Shown here in pieces: positions 61,834 through 64,000 of a stretch of DNA of 64,000 bases. Every line of letters starts with the position of its first letter. Position 1 is the stretch's first letter. Origin of the DNA: Geopsychrobacteraceae bacterium. Its GTDB lineage: Bacteria > Desulfobacterota > Desulfuromonadia > Desulfuromonadales > Geopsychrobacteraceae. A program made the position numbers and the translations under genes. The notes below the pieces were generated by a model. It was not told the DNA's origin. It saw nothing but the letters and a program-made list of their open reading frames with translations, and made no database searches. The stretch covers positions 4,000,001 through 4,064,000 of the forward strand of contig OY759353.1 in assembly GCA_963662315.1 (NCBI GenBank), read 5' to 3'.

Positions 61834-63153
61834 TTACTCCTTGGTCAGCACATGGATGGTTTTGTCAAAGGGATCGATCATTGCGCAGCGCCTGATGGCT
61901 TCAATGCTATTTTCATCAAAAATGGTACCTTTCCCCAGTAGCAGAACTCCGGAGCCGGTGTGCAGGTCCGCTAATAATTTCATCCCTGGCTCAAGCTGTT
62001 TGGGCGATAGCTGCAGTTCGCGCCCCTCGCTACTGATACTCAACTGACCGAATACACGGTGGGCGCCATCAACCAAAGCCTGCTTCAGGGACGGATCAAG
62101 AATGGTACCCCATAGTGGATTAAGCTGTTCAGTCGCCGCGTCAATGTTATCCTCGGTATGCTCAAACTGCTGTTGGAGAACCCGGTCAAACTGATTGGCA
62201 ACGGCAATGAGGCGTGAACCAAAAGGAATGTCCTCACCCTGCAGGCCATCGGGGAAACCGGAGCCATCAAAATTCTCGTGGTGATGACGGATCATTGTGC
62301 CGATATTACGCAAAGCGGGAACCCGGTCCAGCACTGCCTGTCCCCGGATAACATGATTGCGGTATTCGGCCAGTTCCTGGGAATTCAACTGCTGCGGTGC
62401 TTTATTAAGAGGGGAGGAACTGTCGCCGATTTTGCCAATATCATGCAGCAGCCCGGCGTTGACAATATCCTGGCTCAGGGTTGGATCCATCTCAAGGATT
62501 TCGGCCATGGCCGCAAGCAAGGTGGATACGTTACGGCTGTGGCCGGGCAGAGCCGTATGGCGCAGTTCGATCATGGCCGACATGGCGTCGATAGTGGCCG
62601 ACAGGCTTTCCCGCAGGTGCTGGTTGGTTTCGGCCAGAGTGTCACTTTTGGCTCTGATTTGTGATGTCTGATCCAGCACGCGCTGCTTAAGGCGCTGGTT
62701 CCAGTCTTCGAGTTCTTTTTTCTGTTGCCGGACCAGTTTGTTCAGGCGGCGGTTCTCCTGAATCAGCAGGTAACCTTCGGCGGCAGTGGTGACCGCATCT
62801 ATCAGAACATCATCATTCCAGGGTTTGGTCAGGTAACGTGAGATACCGCCTTGGTTGACCGCTGCGATGGAGGCGTCGATATCGGCATAACCGGTCAGCA
62901 GAATCCGCGCCGCATCAGGCACGATTTCTCGCGCTTTGGCCAGGAACTGATCCCCAGTCATTTCCGGCATGCGCTGGTCGGAAATGATGACACCCACTTG
63001 CGGTTCTTCTTGGAGGATGCGCAGTCCTTCGGCACCGGACTGGGCGGTCAGGATAGTCAACTGCTCACATTCCTGCAGCAACCGGCGCAAGGATTTGGTG
63101 ACATTGACTTCATCATCAACAAGAAGAATGGTGACTTCGGCGGATAATTCCAT
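61834..63153 (-). CDS. Response regulator with HD-GYP-like domain (variant motifs)
   Basis: REC (LLVDDE, ISDQRMP, KPW), HDIGK, HHENFDGSGFP, VANQFD; ATG 63153 chosen to avoid overlap with the upstream gene. Confidence 0.88.
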   Translation of the reverse strand: MELSAEVTILLVDDEVNVTKSLRRLLQECEQLTILTAQSGAEGLRILQEEPQVGVIISDQRMPEMTGDQFLAKAREIVPDAARILLTGYADIDASIAAVNQGGISRYLTKPWNDDVLIDAVTTAAEGYLLIQENRRLNKLVRQQKKELEDWNQRLKQRVLDQTSQIRAKSDTLAETNQHLRESLSATIDAMSAMIELRHTALPGHSRNVSTLLAAMAEILEMDPTLSQDIVNAGLLHDIGKIGDSSSPLNKAPQQLNSQELAEYRNHVIRGQAVLDRVPALRNIGTMIRHHHENFDGSGFPDGLQGEDIPFGSRLIAVANQFDRVLQQQFEHTEDNIDAATEQLNPLWGTILDPSLKQALVDGAHRVFGQLSISSEGRELQLSPKQLEPGMKLLADLHTGSGVLLLGKGTIFDENSIEAIRRCAMIDPFDKTIHVLTKE

Positions 63154-63185
63154 AACAGCTTCCAGATTCAAAATGAGATCTTCGC

Positions 63186-64000
63186 TTACGCTAAGGGGAT
63201 CATTACCAGGATATAACCCTGGGCAGTTGTTGGTGATAGTTGGCATATCTGGCATTGGTATGCCTGCTGACGAAACATGATTTTTTGGGTCTGATCCAAC
63301 TGCTGCAGCATAGTATCAATCAATTCGTTAATTGATTTTGGCAACACGGTCTGACGTCTGAAACCAAGCAGCCCGAAGGTTGCGTTGTTGAACAGATCAT
63401 CGGCTTCGCGGTTGCAGTTGACAATCATATCCTCCGTATCAATACCGACGACAACCATTGGCAGAACATCCAGAATTGCCTGCGACACCTGCAGAATATG
63501 GTGGCGGATTTCCAGTTCTTCGGTGCGCTTTTCAACTAGGCTTTCCAGGTTTTCATTGACGGACAGAAGTTCTTTATTGAGCTTCTCGAGCTCTTGATTT
63601 TTGGTTTGCAACTCCTGACTGAGGCGATCGTTCTGTTTGCGCAGCGCTTTTGTTTCAAGCCCCGATCGAATAGTTGAAAGAACCTCTTCGTCATTCCAGG
63701 GCTTGGGGATGAATTTATAGATGTGGCCCAGATTTACTGCTTCGACCACTGCGGCTGTATCTGCATAACCTGACAGAACAATACGCACAGTATCAGGCCA
63801 ACGGGTATAAACCTCGCGCAGAAAATCGACGCCATTCATTTCCGGCATCCGGTAGTCGGACACAATCAGGTCTACATTGTTGTGTTCTTCAAGAATAGCC
63901 AGCCCTTCGCGACCTGATTCAGCCAGCAGAATTTCATAATCTTCTTCATGGAACAGTCGTCGCAACGCTTTCAAAACATTTTTTTCGTCATCAACACAAA
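63186..64000 (-). CDS. Response regulator (REC, coiled coil, PAS-like tail), 5' end outside the window
   Basis: Frame continues to the edge as CVDDEKNVLKALRRLF; SDYRMP, SGYAD, KPW. Confidence 0.88.
   Translation of the reverse strand, partial: CVDDEKNVLKALRRLFHEEDYEILLAESGREGLAILEEHNNVDLIVSDYRMPEMNGVDFLREVYTRWPDTVRIVLSGYADTAAVVEAVNLGHIYKFIPKPWNDEEVLSTIRSGLETKALRKQNDRLSQELQTKNQELEKLNKELLSVNENLESLVEKRTEELEIRHHILQVSQAILDVLPMVVVGIDTEDMIVNCNREADDLFNNATFGLLGFRRQTVLPKSINELIDTMLQQLDQTQKIMFRQQAYQCQICQLSPTTAQGYILVMIPLA

Overview
A 64 kb bacterial chromosomal segment. Gene content and synteny (coaE, IclR regulator, truD, trmB; sco-coxACDB-ctaB; many sigma-54 and c-di-GMP genes) suggest Desulfuromonadales, but this is inference. 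No rRNA, tRNA, CRISPR array, transposase or phage gene was recognised. In order: (1) a HutC/GntR-linked tripartite tricarboxylate transporter locus with an amidohydrolase and a cupin; (2) a housekeeping block (coaE, IclR, truD, trmB, aminotransferase, aroF, priA, mltA); (3) aceE-aceF-lpdA, with a lipoyl domain on LpdA; (4) a stand-alone RelA/SpoT-type synthetase, a dCache chemoreceptor and a DUF3187-like protein; (5) a ~15 kb catabolic region with two sigma-54 operons that end in the same 2,648-bp thiolase/CoA-transferase cassette, one led by a CitMHS transporter plus a split AtuA-like enzyme and the other by atoSC-atoE; (6) an A2-type heme-copper oxidase with a di-heme subunit II; (7) slyX-rhodanese-MauE-KamA; (8) a signalling cluster (HD-GYP, HDOD, hybrid kinases, GGDEF) with a decaying kinase and a MerR/LTxxQ fusion scar. 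The best candidate for an undescribed system is the CitMHS-AtuA-like-thiolase-CoA-transferase operon. Its gene logic suggests uptake and C-C cleavage of a citrate-like acid such as 3-hydroxy-3-methylglutarate into acetate plus acetoacetyl units. All family calls come from motif recognition by eye; no database searches were run.
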